A stretch of 64,000 nucleotides of DNA, from assembly GCA_038747545.1 (NCBI GenBank), contig JBCDJT010000003.1, positions 15,195 through 79,194 on the forward strand, in the 5' to 3' direction. The translations under genes were made by a program, and so were the position numbers. Positions 49,011 to 57,324 of this stretch are shown here, piece by piece. The stretch is from Bacteroidota bacterium. Lineage in GTDB: Bacteria; Bacteroidota; Rhodothermia; Rhodothermales; JBCCMF01. The number at the start of each line of letters is the position of its first letter. The stretch's first letter is position 1. The notes beneath the pieces are model-generated. The model searched no databases. It was not told where the DNA came from and was given only the letters and a program-made list of their open reading frames with translations.

Positions 49011-50027
49011 ATGCGCTACCCGCTCATTCTGTTGCTGCTTACCGCGATGTTGCGGATGCCCTGCGCCGCACAGACTCCGCCCGTTACCGCGGAGGAACTG
49101 GTCTCCGTGCTGCGCCTGCACAAGGAGCGCCTTTACAGCCACTACGACTATCAGATGAGCTATCACCTGGGCGGGGTGCCGGATAGCTTGGCGGGCCGCT
49201 TGGTGATACCCGAGGCCGCCAACATCATCTTGACCGCCGTGCGCCAGGGCGCCCGCGGCGCCCACATGACCGTCCACATGCGCGTGGCGGGCGACCCAGA
49301 GGCTGCGGCTGCGCAGGCCTACGCCGCTCTGGTTGCCGCAGGCGGCGCGTTTAAGCCTGAACGCCAGTACGCCGAGCCCGACAGGGATTCTGGATTTGTG
49401 ACGGGACGGACGCACACGCAGCCTGAGACGTATTGCAGCCTCAACCGCGAGCCTGTGGTCTTCCACGCTACACCTGAGATGCCCGAGGCCAACCTAACAG
49501 GGTACGTCGCTCTGGGCGATCCGCAGTACCTCTGCCGCCCCCGCCCACGCATGTCGCTGCTTCCCACGCGTGCCCAGCTTGAGCAGGAGGGCGCCAGCGA
49601 GGCTATTATCAAGTCCATGATGCGGAATCAACGAGACCGGGACCGGATGCCTGACCTCAGGCTGGTCATCCCAGACTCGCTCATAGGCCAGTCGGCGGGT
49701 ACGTGGACGTCAACGGGTACCGGTGGAGAATCGAACTATTGGTGGACCTCCGAGCCGCTGGCCTATGCGGATTCGCCTATGGAGGCCGCAACGCTGCACG
49801 GCCAATTTGTGGCTCAGGTGGAAGAGCAGGGATGGGCGCGAGTGCAGGGCGGGTCAACGGGGCTTCGTGAGCACGCCACATCGAAGTGGTCGTATATGGA
49901 TGCCGAAGGCTCACGGTGGCATGCCGACCTCATGGTGGAGCGTGTGGGGCGTCTGGAGGATGACTTGATCGAATACCGCGCTACCCTGACCATCGCAGGG
50001 ACGCAAGCCGGGGAGGAACAGCCATGA
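49011..50027 (+). CDS. Secreted hypothetical protein, paralog A of a tandem pair
   Basis: Signal peptide MRYPLILLLLTAMLRMPCAAQ. It is colinear with the next ORF. No known domain recognised. Confidence 0.6.
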   Translation: MRYPLILLLLTAMLRMPCAAQTPPVTAEELVSVLRLHKERLYSHYDYQMSYHLGGVPDSLAGRLVIPEAANIILTAVRQGARGAHMTVHMRVAGDPEAAAAQAYAALVAAGGAFKPERQYAEPDRDSGFVTGRTHTQPETYCSLNREPVVFHATPEMPEANLTGYVALGDPQYLCRPRPRMSLLPTRAQLEQEGASEAIIKSMMRNQRDRDRMPDLRLVIPDSLIGQSAGTWTSTGTGGESNYWWTSEPLAYADSPMEAATLHGQFVAQVEEQGWARVQGGSTGLREHATSKWSYMDAEGSRWHADLMVERVGRLEDDLIEYRATLTIAGTQAGEEQP

Positions 50028-51043
50028 GCACGAGCTACGCGAGACGGAGACGATCACTGTGCATGGCGCTCATCGGCCTCGTCCTGGCCTATGCCGCCGC
50101 CGATATCCATGCGCAGGCGGATGTCACCCCAGACGAGATGTTGGCCGTCTTCAAACTGAACGATCAGATCTCGCGCGGCGATGGGCAACGTGTGGCTGTT
50201 TCCCACACCGTGGGCGCCGTCCCCGACGCCGTGCGCGATCGCCTCTTCCTGCCAGATGACGCCCGCGTGGTCTTCACGCGCCAGCAGGAGTTCGATAAGC
50301 AGGTCACCGTGTACCTCCGCGCCGCGCCAGATAGCGTGGAGGCCATCGTGGCAGCGTTACAGGCCGAGGTTCTGGCCACAGGCGGCCGCTACCTACCCAG
50401 GGCCATCGAAGGCGAGGAGATGGACAAGGGCGAAGGCTTTGTGAGTCGGCGTATAGTGCGGGATTGGCCAGCGGTATTTTGCACCGCCGCCAACGCCACC
50501 ATGGACTTCCGCATCGTGTCTAATGACCCGCACGTCAACCTCATCGTCGATTATGCAAAATCCCCGGGGCCGTTCAGGTGGTGGCCGTGCAGCCCTGATC
50601 AGGGCGTGCGCGAGACGAGGTACACGCGCATCGTCCAGAAGGAGGATAATTGGGCAGCCATAGGTGAGCAGATGCCGGTGCCCTACCTCGTTGTTTCTGA
50701 TCCCGTGGAGCATGGTGGGCGACGCACGGTGGAGAGTGGCGGGTACAGCTTCACACTGGGTGGCTCGGACCCCGACTTCAGTGTCAACTCAAACCTGTTT
50801 ACCATGCTGCCTGAGGAGGCCTTGCGCATGTCCTTGTCTACGCAGCTGCGCGAGCAGGGCTGGACCGAGCAAGTTGCCGAGCAGCCTGAGTCAGGCGCGA
50901 GCCAGTGGACGAAGACCGATGCTGAGCGTGTGGCGTGGCAGCTCGTACTGCGTGTAGAGCCCCGGGCACGCCGTGTCAACCAACGCACGGGGTACGCCTA
51001 CGAGGCAACGCTCGATCTGAGGCGGGCAGATGCCGAGCGGTAG
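50024..51043 (+). CDS. Secreted hypothetical protein, paralog B of a tandem pair
   Basis: The ATG at 50024 overlaps the paralog A stop (ATGA). There is a signal peptide. Shared blocks are VTxxE-hh-V, VG-VPD, GG, EQGW and Y-ATL. Confidence 0.6.
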   Translation: MSTSYARRRRSLCMALIGLVLAYAAADIHAQADVTPDEMLAVFKLNDQISRGDGQRVAVSHTVGAVPDAVRDRLFLPDDARVVFTRQQEFDKQVTVYLRAAPDSVEAIVAALQAEVLATGGRYLPRAIEGEEMDKGEGFVSRRIVRDWPAVFCTAANATMDFRIVSNDPHVNLIVDYAKSPGPFRWWPCSPDQGVRETRYTRIVQKEDNWAAIGEQMPVPYLVVSDPVEHGGRRTVESGGYSFTLGGSDPDFSVNSNLFTMLPEEALRMSLSTQLREQGWTEQVAEQPESGASQWTKTDAERVAWQLVLRVEPRARRVNQRTGYAYEATLDLRRADAER

Positions 51044-51133
51044 ATCCGGCGCGTAGCTGAGACGGCTCGCATTGGGTGTCCGCGTCAGGCATCGGGTATT
51101 GACATGCCTTCCTCTCTGCTTGCGTGTGCTGCC

Positions 51134-51664
51134 ATGTCTGCCTCCGACTTCTCCGCGATGCGTCGCGTCATCATCATCGGCTCCGGTGGCTCTGGCAAAT
51201 CAACGCTGGCAAAGCGCCTGGGGAGGCAGCTAGATCTGCCCGTCATCCACCTCGATGCGCACTACTGGAACCCCGGCTGGGTGGAGACGCCGCCGGATGC
51301 GTGGGCCGCCAAGGTCGACACGCTGATCCAGGGCGAGGCGTGGGTGATGGATGGCAACTATGGCGGCACCATGGACGCCCGCATGGCCAGAGCCGACACG
51401 ATCATCTTCCTCGCGTTCTCGCGCTGGCGGTGCCTCTGGCGCGTGCTCGCCCGCCGCATCCGTTACCGCAACCGCACCCGCCCCGACATGGCGCCGGGCT
51501 GCCCGGAGCAGATGAATTGGGTCTTTGCCCATTACATCCTCATGTATCCCAACACGCGCACGCCACGCATTCTCAAGAAGCTCGCCGCCGTACGGGATAC
51601 CAAGCAGGTGGTCGTGCTGAAGACGCCGCGCGAGGTTGAGCGCTTCACCAATGCCATCGGCTAG
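51134..51664 (+). CDS. P-loop NTPase, adenylate-kinase-like / topology-modulation (FlaR-like) family
   Basis: RRVIIIGSGGSGKSTLAKRL ... VIHLDAHYW ... WVMDGNY. Confidence 0.7.
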   Translation: MSASDFSAMRRVIIIGSGGSGKSTLAKRLGRQLDLPVIHLDAHYWNPGWVETPPDAWAAKVDTLIQGEAWVMDGNYGGTMDARMARADTIIFLAFSRWRCLWRVLARRIRYRNRTRPDMAPGCPEQMNWVFAHYILMYPNTRTPRILKKLAAVRDTKQVVVLKTPREVERFTNAIG

Positions 51665-51950
51665 ACCTGACCGGGGGCGGCGCCCGCGCCTCAGAAGTGA
51701 CGAGTATGTACCGCGCAGGGGGAGAGCCTGATACGTTTGCGCAACGTTACCAAACAAGGACGCGCGAGCACAACGGTTTGGGGCTGAACCGGTGCTACTA
51801 TTGAAACGTGCTCCGGCCAAGCGTCGCCAACAGGGCTGTCCCCACTCCACCTCTCGCACTGCACAGCCCCACTAGCTCAGGCGCTCACCACAATCTGACG
51901 AGGTCAGGGCCCCTACCCACTCATCGACACATTGCATTGGATTAATCTAT

Positions 51951-53498
51951 ATGGCAAAGCAGATTTTCGAGAAGGCCCGCTGGGAAACGCTCCTCGCACA
52001 GATGAAGACCGCCTGTCCTGAGGCGTTCAACGCCGCCGGCGACATCCTCAACCTCATCAACGGCGCGTGGCAGAACGAGGGCAACCGCAAGCCGTTCTCC
52101 TCCGGCGTGGACGGCACGATGCTGGGGTACTACCCGATGCTCCGTACCGCCGAGGGCAAGGAGGCTGTAGAGTATTGCGCCGAGGAGTTCAAGACGTGGA
52201 AAGACGTCGATCTCGACGAGCGGAAGGTGCGGGTCACGCGGGCCCTGGACGACATGGAGGCGCATAAAGAGCTGCTGGCGTTCGTGCTCGTCTGGGAGAT
52301 TGGCAAGCCGTACGCGCAGGCCCTGAGCGGCGTAGAGCGGTGCATCAGCGGTGTGCGCTGGTACGTGGATCACATCGAAACCATGATGGACGGGCGCGGA
52401 CCGCTCGGCGTGATCTCCAACATCGCCTCGTGGAACTACCCGCTCTCGGTGCTGGTGCATGCCTCGCTGGTACAAGCGCTCGCAGGCAACGCGGTCATCG
52501 CCAAGACGCCCTCCGACGGCGGCCTCTGGTCGCTGACGATGTGCTTTGCCTTCGCCAAGCGCCACGGCTTGCCGGTGTCGCTCATCAGCGGATCGGGGGG
52601 CGTGCTGAGCGAAGCGCTCGTCTCGCATGACGCCATCGACTGCCTCTCGTACGTCGGCGGCAAGAGCAACGGGCGCATGATCGCCAACTCGCTCTTCAAC
52701 AAGAAGAAGCGCTACATGCTGGAGATGGAGGGCATCAACACCTACGGCGTCTGGGACTTCTCCGACTGGGACAACCTGGGCCAGCAGATCAAGTCCGGCT
52801 TCAAGTACGGCAAGCAGCGCTGCACGGCCTACGTGCGGTTCGTGGTGCAGCGGACGCTCTTCCCCAAGTTTCTGGAGATGTACCTGCCCGCGCTGAAAGC
52901 CTTGCAGTATGGCCACCCGCTGCTCGTCGAAGAAGGCGATACGGCGCCACCGAACTACGACTTCGGCCCGCTCATCAACGCCCGGCGTGTGAGCGACATC
53001 AACGTGATGTTCAACGACGCGCTCGGCAAGGGCGCGGTCTCGATCTACCAGGGCGAGCTGGATGAGGCCAACTTCCTGCCGCACCAGGACACGTCGGCGT
53101 ACCTGCCGCCAGCCTCGCTGCTCAACCTGCCGCGCAACGCCAAGCTGTACCACAACGAGCCCTTCGGCCCGCTCGACAGCATCGTGCTCGTGGACAGCAT
53201 GGATGAGTTGATCACCGAGATGAACGTCTCGAACGGCGCGCTGGTGTCATCCATCGCCTGCGACAGGGCCGAAGAGGCGAACGAGATTGCGCGTCAGCTG
53301 CGGGGCTACAAAGTGGGCATCAACAAGATGAAGTCGCGCGGCGACCGCGAGGCGACGTTCGGCGGCATCGGCGAGTCCTGGAAGGGCTGCTTCGTGGGCG
53401 GTGAGTACTTGGTGCAGGCAGTAACCAAGTCGCACAACGGCGCTCGGCTCTTCGGTAACTTCCCCGAGTACACGCTCCTGCCCGAGCAGCGCGCCTGA
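51951..53498 (+). CDS. Aldehyde dehydrogenase family protein
   Basis: WNYPL, KTPSDG, EMEGIN (the ELGG-equivalent Glu), catalytic Cys in GKQRCTAYV, and the EPFGP motif near the C-terminus. Confidence 0.8.
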   Translation: MAKQIFEKARWETLLAQMKTACPEAFNAAGDILNLINGAWQNEGNRKPFSSGVDGTMLGYYPMLRTAEGKEAVEYCAEEFKTWKDVDLDERKVRVTRALDDMEAHKELLAFVLVWEIGKPYAQALSGVERCISGVRWYVDHIETMMDGRGPLGVISNIASWNYPLSVLVHASLVQALAGNAVIAKTPSDGGLWSLTMCFAFAKRHGLPVSLISGSGGVLSEALVSHDAIDCLSYVGGKSNGRMIANSLFNKKKRYMLEMEGINTYGVWDFSDWDNLGQQIKSGFKYGKQRCTAYVRFVVQRTLFPKFLEMYLPALKALQYGHPLLVEEGDTAPPNYDFGPLINARRVSDINVMFNDALGKGAVSIYQGELDEANFLPHQDTSAYLPPASLLNLPRNAKLYHNEPFGPLDSIVLVDSMDELITEMNVSNGALVSSIACDRAEEANEIARQLRGYKVGINKMKSRGDREATFGGIGESWKGCFVGGEYLVQAVTKSHNGARLFGNFPEYTLLPEQRA

Positions 53499-53568
53499 TG
53501 CCAGCCCCGAGAGATGACGCTGCAAGCTTGTCATCGGGGTAGATGTCGCAAAAATGGCAAAACGGACC

Positions 53569-53668
53569 CCCTCTCCTTGCTAGGAGAGGGTTGGGGTGAG
53601 GTAGATTGAGGTCTACCGCCATCCCTTGTTTCGGACCTCACCCTGTCCCTCTCCGCCCTAGGAGAGGG
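53569..53668. repeat. Two inverted copies of a ~34-nt REP-like palindromic unit
   Basis: Copy A (53569-53602): ccctctcc-ttgcta-ggagaggg-ttg-gggtgaggt. Copy B (53635-53668) is its inverted counterpart: acctcaccc-tgt-ccctctcc-gcccta-ggagaggg. Between them is a small hairpin, gtaga...tctac. Confidence 0.75.
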
Positions 53669-53743
53669 GACGCCGAGGCGACCGTGGTCAACAGACCTTG
53701 CCCATCGATTTACCAGGTCAGATGGGATCAGGCAGCGCTGCCG

Positions 53744-54766
53744 TCACTCGACCTCGCGCAGCACGCCGATGCTCCACGGGATCTCGCCGTACGGCAAGCC
53801 CTGCCGCACGGCGATGGGCACGCCCTGGTAGACGAACGTGTAGTCGTCGCCATCTACCTCCATCGCCTCGTCGTAGCCCGACCGGACCAACTCGCCATGG
53901 CTGATCGAGTCCGTCCACCGTTCGCCCTCAAAGGCGACGTTGTTCATGGCGGCGAACGCATGCGACGAGTCGGCGGCGATGGGTGCCCACTCGCCGTCGA
54001 GCGCATCGGTGGCGTAGAGCTTGAAGTACCGTCGGTCGCCGGGGAGGGTGGCTTCGATGACGTTGATGAACTGGTCGGTGCCGTTGACCTTGTAGATGTG
54101 GCTGGCCTCAAAGATGTCGGTTTGCTGGGCGAGTACGGGCTCAGTCCAACCATACGGGAAGTCGGCCAGCGCGGTCTCCTCGCGCCACATGTTGCCGTTG
54201 TCGGAGGTAAAGAACAAGTGCATCTTCTCATCGTCGGCGATGACCCAGAAGTCGAGGTAGCGGTTGTCCTCGGGGCGCGGGACCTCCATCGGCTTCATCT
54301 CGGACCACGAGGTGGGGTCTGAAATGTCGGTGGTGGTGGCGTAGGCGGCTTGGTAGGGCGGATCCCATTCGGGGTTTCGGGTCTGCGCGACCATATACCA
54401 CTTCTCATGCGGGCTGAAGTAGAAGACCTGGGGCGCGGCCGCGTAGCCATCGTGGTGCGGCATCATGATCGCCTCGTTGGCATCGGCCTCGTCGAAGTCG
54501 GCGAAGCTGAGGTAGGCCAGGCCGTGGCTGCGCTCGTACCCTCGTACGGTGAAGAAGGTGTGGTACCGCCCGTCGTAGTACACAATCGACGGGTCCTTCA
54601 TGGCGATCCAGTCGGCATCGGGGAGCGCATCGGAGCGGATGATCGGGTCGCCCGCCGTCCACTGGTAGCTGTCGTCAAGGACAGGCTCTTGCGCCGATTG
54701 CCCTGCTGTGCAAGCAGCCAGCGCAATGGCGAGGAGTAGGGTAGAGGGCAGAGCGGAAGCACGCAT
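53744..54766 (-). CDS. GH62-like alpha-L-arabinofuranosidase, lipoprotein
   Basis: FEASHIYKVNGTDQFINVIEA ... RYFKLYATDALDGEW ... WTDSISHGELVRSG ... VYQG follows the GH62 pattern as I recall it from actinomycete enzymes. Lipobox LAACT. Confidence 0.7.
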   Translation of the reverse strand: MRASALPSTLLLAIALAACTAGQSAQEPVLDDSYQWTAGDPIIRSDALPDADWIAMKDPSIVYYDGRYHTFFTVRGYERSHGLAYLSFADFDEADANEAIMMPHHDGYAAAPQVFYFSPHEKWYMVAQTRNPEWDPPYQAAYATTTDISDPTSWSEMKPMEVPRPEDNRYLDFWVIADDEKMHLFFTSDNGNMWREETALADFPYGWTEPVLAQQTDIFEASHIYKVNGTDQFINVIEATLPGDRRYFKLYATDALDGEWAPIAADSSHAFAAMNNVAFEGERWTDSISHGELVRSGYDEAMEVDGDDYTFVYQGVPIAVRQGLPYGEIPWSIGVLREVE

Positions 54767-54964
54767 GAGGTAGCACGTCAGGTCCAGTAGAAGAGCAGGC
54801 ATCGGCAAAGTAGGAAGCACGCGGGTCAGATGCCGGAGCGGTAGAAAGGAGCTGCCATGTAACGTTCGTCTCCGGCCGAATCGCCCTGTGGGGCAGTCCG
54901 TAAACGGACATACGGCAGCCGCTTCTTCGGTGTGTGCAGCCCACCACCATCACTCCCAAACCAC

Positions 54965-55525
54965 ATGGCGATCATGAAAGTACTTGGCGGTATCCTCGGC
55001 GGCGTGCTGACCCTCTGGATTGGATGGGGCGTCTATGTGATCTACACCACCGAACGTCCCCCGCACGAGGTCACGCAGCGCCTCGGCTCGGGCGTAGAGG
55101 TGCGTCAGTACGCCGAGCAGACGTGGATCTCGACGGCCTACACGAGCGATCGCGGGGCCTTTCCCGTGCTCGGCTCGTACATCTTTGGTCGCAACCAGGA
55201 GCAGGAGACCGTGGCCATGACCGCGCCCGTCATCACCGGCGAGAAGATGACGTTCATCCTGCCTGCTGGCGTCACGCAGGAGAACGCGCCCACGCCCGAC
55301 GGTCAGCCGATCGAGTTTACCACCGTGCCTCCGCGCAAAGTGGCTGCGCTGGCCTTCTCGTGGTGGGTGCCCGAAGACCGCGTGGCGCGGAAGACCGCAG
55401 CGCTGCTAGAAGTGCTGCGCGAGGCGGGCGTCGAGACCGTAGGCGAGCCGTTCCTGATGCGCTACAACGATCCCTGGACGCCGCCCTTCCTGCGGCGCAA
55501 CGAAGTGGGCATCGAGGTGCGCTAG
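54965..55525 (+). CDS. SOUL/HBP heme-binding family protein with N-terminal TM anchor
   Basis: VEVRQYAEQTWIS ... AFPVLGSYIFGRNQ ... VAMTAPV ... YNDPWTPPFLRRNEV. Confidence 0.75.
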   Translation: MAIMKVLGGILGGVLTLWIGWGVYVIYTTERPPHEVTQRLGSGVEVRQYAEQTWISTAYTSDRGAFPVLGSYIFGRNQEQETVAMTAPVITGEKMTFILPAGVTQENAPTPDGQPIEFTTVPPRKVAALAFSWWVPEDRVARKTAALLEVLREAGVETVGEPFLMRYNDPWTPPFLRRNEVGIEVR

Positions 55526-55546
55526 GGCGCGCAGCCTACGTTTGGA

Positions 55547-55873
55547 TCACATGATCGAGAACGTGAGCCACATGCACAGTACGCACGACACGCCCGCGAC
55601 GGCGCCGCTCACCCAGCGGGCAGGACGCGAGGCGGCATGGCTGAAGGCCCGCGTGGCAAACCACAACCCCAGCCCAGCAAAGGCGATCTGGATCAGTGTC
55701 AGCAGCAGCGTGCTCTGCAACGGCGCGGGGAAGTGCGTGAGGTACGTGGCCACCCGCTCGGCATGCGTTGGGTACGCGGAGGCGGCGTTGATCCAAAGGG
55801 CGATACCGCTGACCGGGATGGCGAGGCTGGCAAGAGCAGCAGCCAGGAGGGCGTGGGAGGAGGAGGTGTTCAT
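55547..55873 (-). CDS. Small hypothetical membrane protein (3 predicted helices)
   Basis: I chose the hydrophobic-helix frame over two overlapping Arg/Ala-rich frames. No homolog recognised. Confidence 0.4.
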   Translation of the reverse strand: MNTSSSHALLAAALASLAIPVSGIALWINAASAYPTHAERVATYLTHFPAPLQSTLLLTLIQIAFAGLGLWFATRAFSHAASRPARWVSGAVAGVSCVLCMWLTFSIM

Positions 55874-55953
55874 CGGGTGATGCTGTTGAGGAAGAGGGCA
55901 GCACGCGGTATGCCAAAGCAGGCATGATCCTAACGTTAGGAGACAGCGCCTCC

Positions 55954-55988
55954 AAATGCAAAAGGCGACCCTATGGTTGGGGTCGCCT
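55954..55988 (-). terminator. Rho-independent terminator after nuoI
   Basis: On the minus strand, ggcgaccc-caaccata-gggtcgcc is followed by ttttgcattt, about 30 nt after the stop. Confidence 0.7.
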
Positions 55989-56017
55989 CGCGGAAAGTCA
56001 AAACAGCCACGCTGAAC

Positions 56018-56674
56018 TCAGGCCGCCACCTCGGCTTCAGCAGGCTCGTGCTCGTGGAACGTGTCGAGGCCCTTCTCGCTGAGCCAGCCGAGGAATTCGC
56101 GGTTGCGCAGGCTGTGGATGTTGTTCTCCTCCTGGTAGTCCCACTGCTGCCCGAATTGCTGGTTCTTGTAGCGATGCAGGTAGTTGAGGCGGTCGGTGAG
56201 CTGCTCGGCGGGCATCAGCAGGCGGTCGAGGCCGAAGATGGCCTCGTCGCGGTGCTGGAAGGTCAGGTCGTACTGCTTGGACATCACGATGGCCTCTTCG
56301 GGGCACACCTCTTCGCAGAAGCCGCAGTAGATGCAGCGCAGCATGTTGATCTCGAACCACGCGGGCTCGCGCTCCTTGATGTCGCCGGTTTCGCCCGACT
56401 GCATCGAGATTGCCATCGGCGGGCACGCCTTGGCGCACAGGTTGCACGAGACGCAGCGCGGGCGGTTTTCTTCTTCCACCAGCACGGGGCGGCCGCGGTA
56501 GTTATCAGGTGGGTACCACTGCTCTTCGGGGTACTGAAACGTGTACATCGGCTCCCGCGTCATCTTGCGGAAGGTGTAGCGCAGCCCCTTCAGCACTTCG
56601 GGGATGTAGAGCTTCTCCCAGAAATTGAGCTTCCGTTCGTTGTCTGCTTTGGTGTTGACCGGCGTTCCAGGCAT
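56018..56674 (-). CDS. nuoI: NADH-quinone oxidoreductase subunit I (2x[4Fe-4S] ferredoxin) with C-terminal extension
   Basis: CVSCNLCAKACP and CIYCGFCEEVCP clusters, with a YPEE ... GRP N-terminal pattern. ATG at 56674; the track ORF extended to 57223 is spurious. Confidence 0.85.
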   Translation of the reverse strand: MPGTPVNTKADNERKLNFWEKLYIPEVLKGLRYTFRKMTREPMYTFQYPEEQWYPPDNYRGRPVLVEEENRPRCVSCNLCAKACPPMAISMQSGETGDIKEREPAWFEINMLRCIYCGFCEEVCPEEAIVMSKQYDLTFQHRDEAIFGLDRLLMPAEQLTDRLNYLHRYKNQQFGQQWDYQEENNIHSLRNREFLGWLSEKGLDTFHEHEPAEAEVAA

Positions 56675-56857
56675 GGGTCGCGGCGATGTGGTTTCAATTT
56701 GAATTGAAAGATAGGCAGGTTCTATGCCGAAGCGAGCAGTAAGGTCGCAAACACGCCATGAAAATGTGTGTACCGTTCGCTGTTGTGCTCCTGAAGTGTG
56801 TATCGGTAGTGTTTGCCGTACGTTGAGCGATGCCTGCTCCCGATCTCCCGTAAGCCG

Positions 56858-57307
56858 ATGCCCCACACGGTCTCCTTCATACTCCTCGGTCTCTCCCTGC
56901 TGGCCTGTGGCACCGTCCCTGCGCCTGGCACCGCTACCGACGAGATCGGCTTTGTGCGGTTGGAGGTGACGCCCGCAGGCGCCCGCGTGCTCTCTGCCCA
57001 GGCCGCGCCGGGGCGACTCAAACGCCCGCGCCGGACTCCAGCAGGCCTGTTTCAGGTGGATGTGGTGGATGCCGACGGACAAGCGCTGTGGACGACGGCC
57101 ATGGAGGATCCGCTGCGTGCCCGCCAAGAGTACGTGGACGACACGGGCGCCCTCCAGACGCGATGGGTAGACCACGATCGTGCTGAGGTTGTCGTGCGGG
57201 TGCCCGTGACCGCGGCACAGCAAACGCTGCAGGTGTATCGCCTCACCGAGGCGGCCAGCAAGCGCTCGGCCAACACGCGCCTCGCCACCCTGACCGTCAC
57301 ATGGTAA
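56858..57307 (+). CDS. Small hypothetical lipoprotein
   Basis: Lipobox LLACG. 149 aa and beta-rich. The stop lies inside a 12-bp duplication next to the M64 gene start. Confidence 0.5.
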   Translation: MPHTVSFILLGLSLLACGTVPAPGTATDEIGFVRLEVTPAGARVLSAQAAPGRLKRPRRTPAGLFQVDVVDADGQALWTTAMEDPLRARQEYVDDTGALQTRWVDHDRAEVVVRVPVTAAQQTLQVYRLTEAASKRSANTRLATLTVTW

Positions 57308-57324
57308 GTCACATGGTAAGTCCC

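Noticed and set aside
51942-53153. 403-aa minus-strand ORF opposite the aldehyde dehydrogenase gene
   Set aside because: The plus-strand frame carries ALDH signatures (catalytic Cys, EPFGP). The antisense translation is low-complexity and Arg/Val/Leu-rich, with no recognisable domain.
55536-55961. Two competing ORFs (minus 141 aa, plus 112 aa) overlapping the small membrane-protein frame
   Set aside because: Both are Arg/Ala/Pro-rich. Only the 55547-55873 minus frame gives coherent hydrophobic helices, and even that call is low confidence.
56675-57223. Upstream 183-codon extension of the nuoI ORF in the supplied track
   Set aside because: The extension is Arg/Gly/His-rich and overlaps the plus-strand lipoprotein gene. 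The conserved NuoI N-terminus begins at the internal ATG at 56674. I applied similar trimming to the track ORFs at 4884, 11152-12240, 29659-30510, 41138-42016, 41968-43323, 43104-43814, 44500-45504 and 59036.
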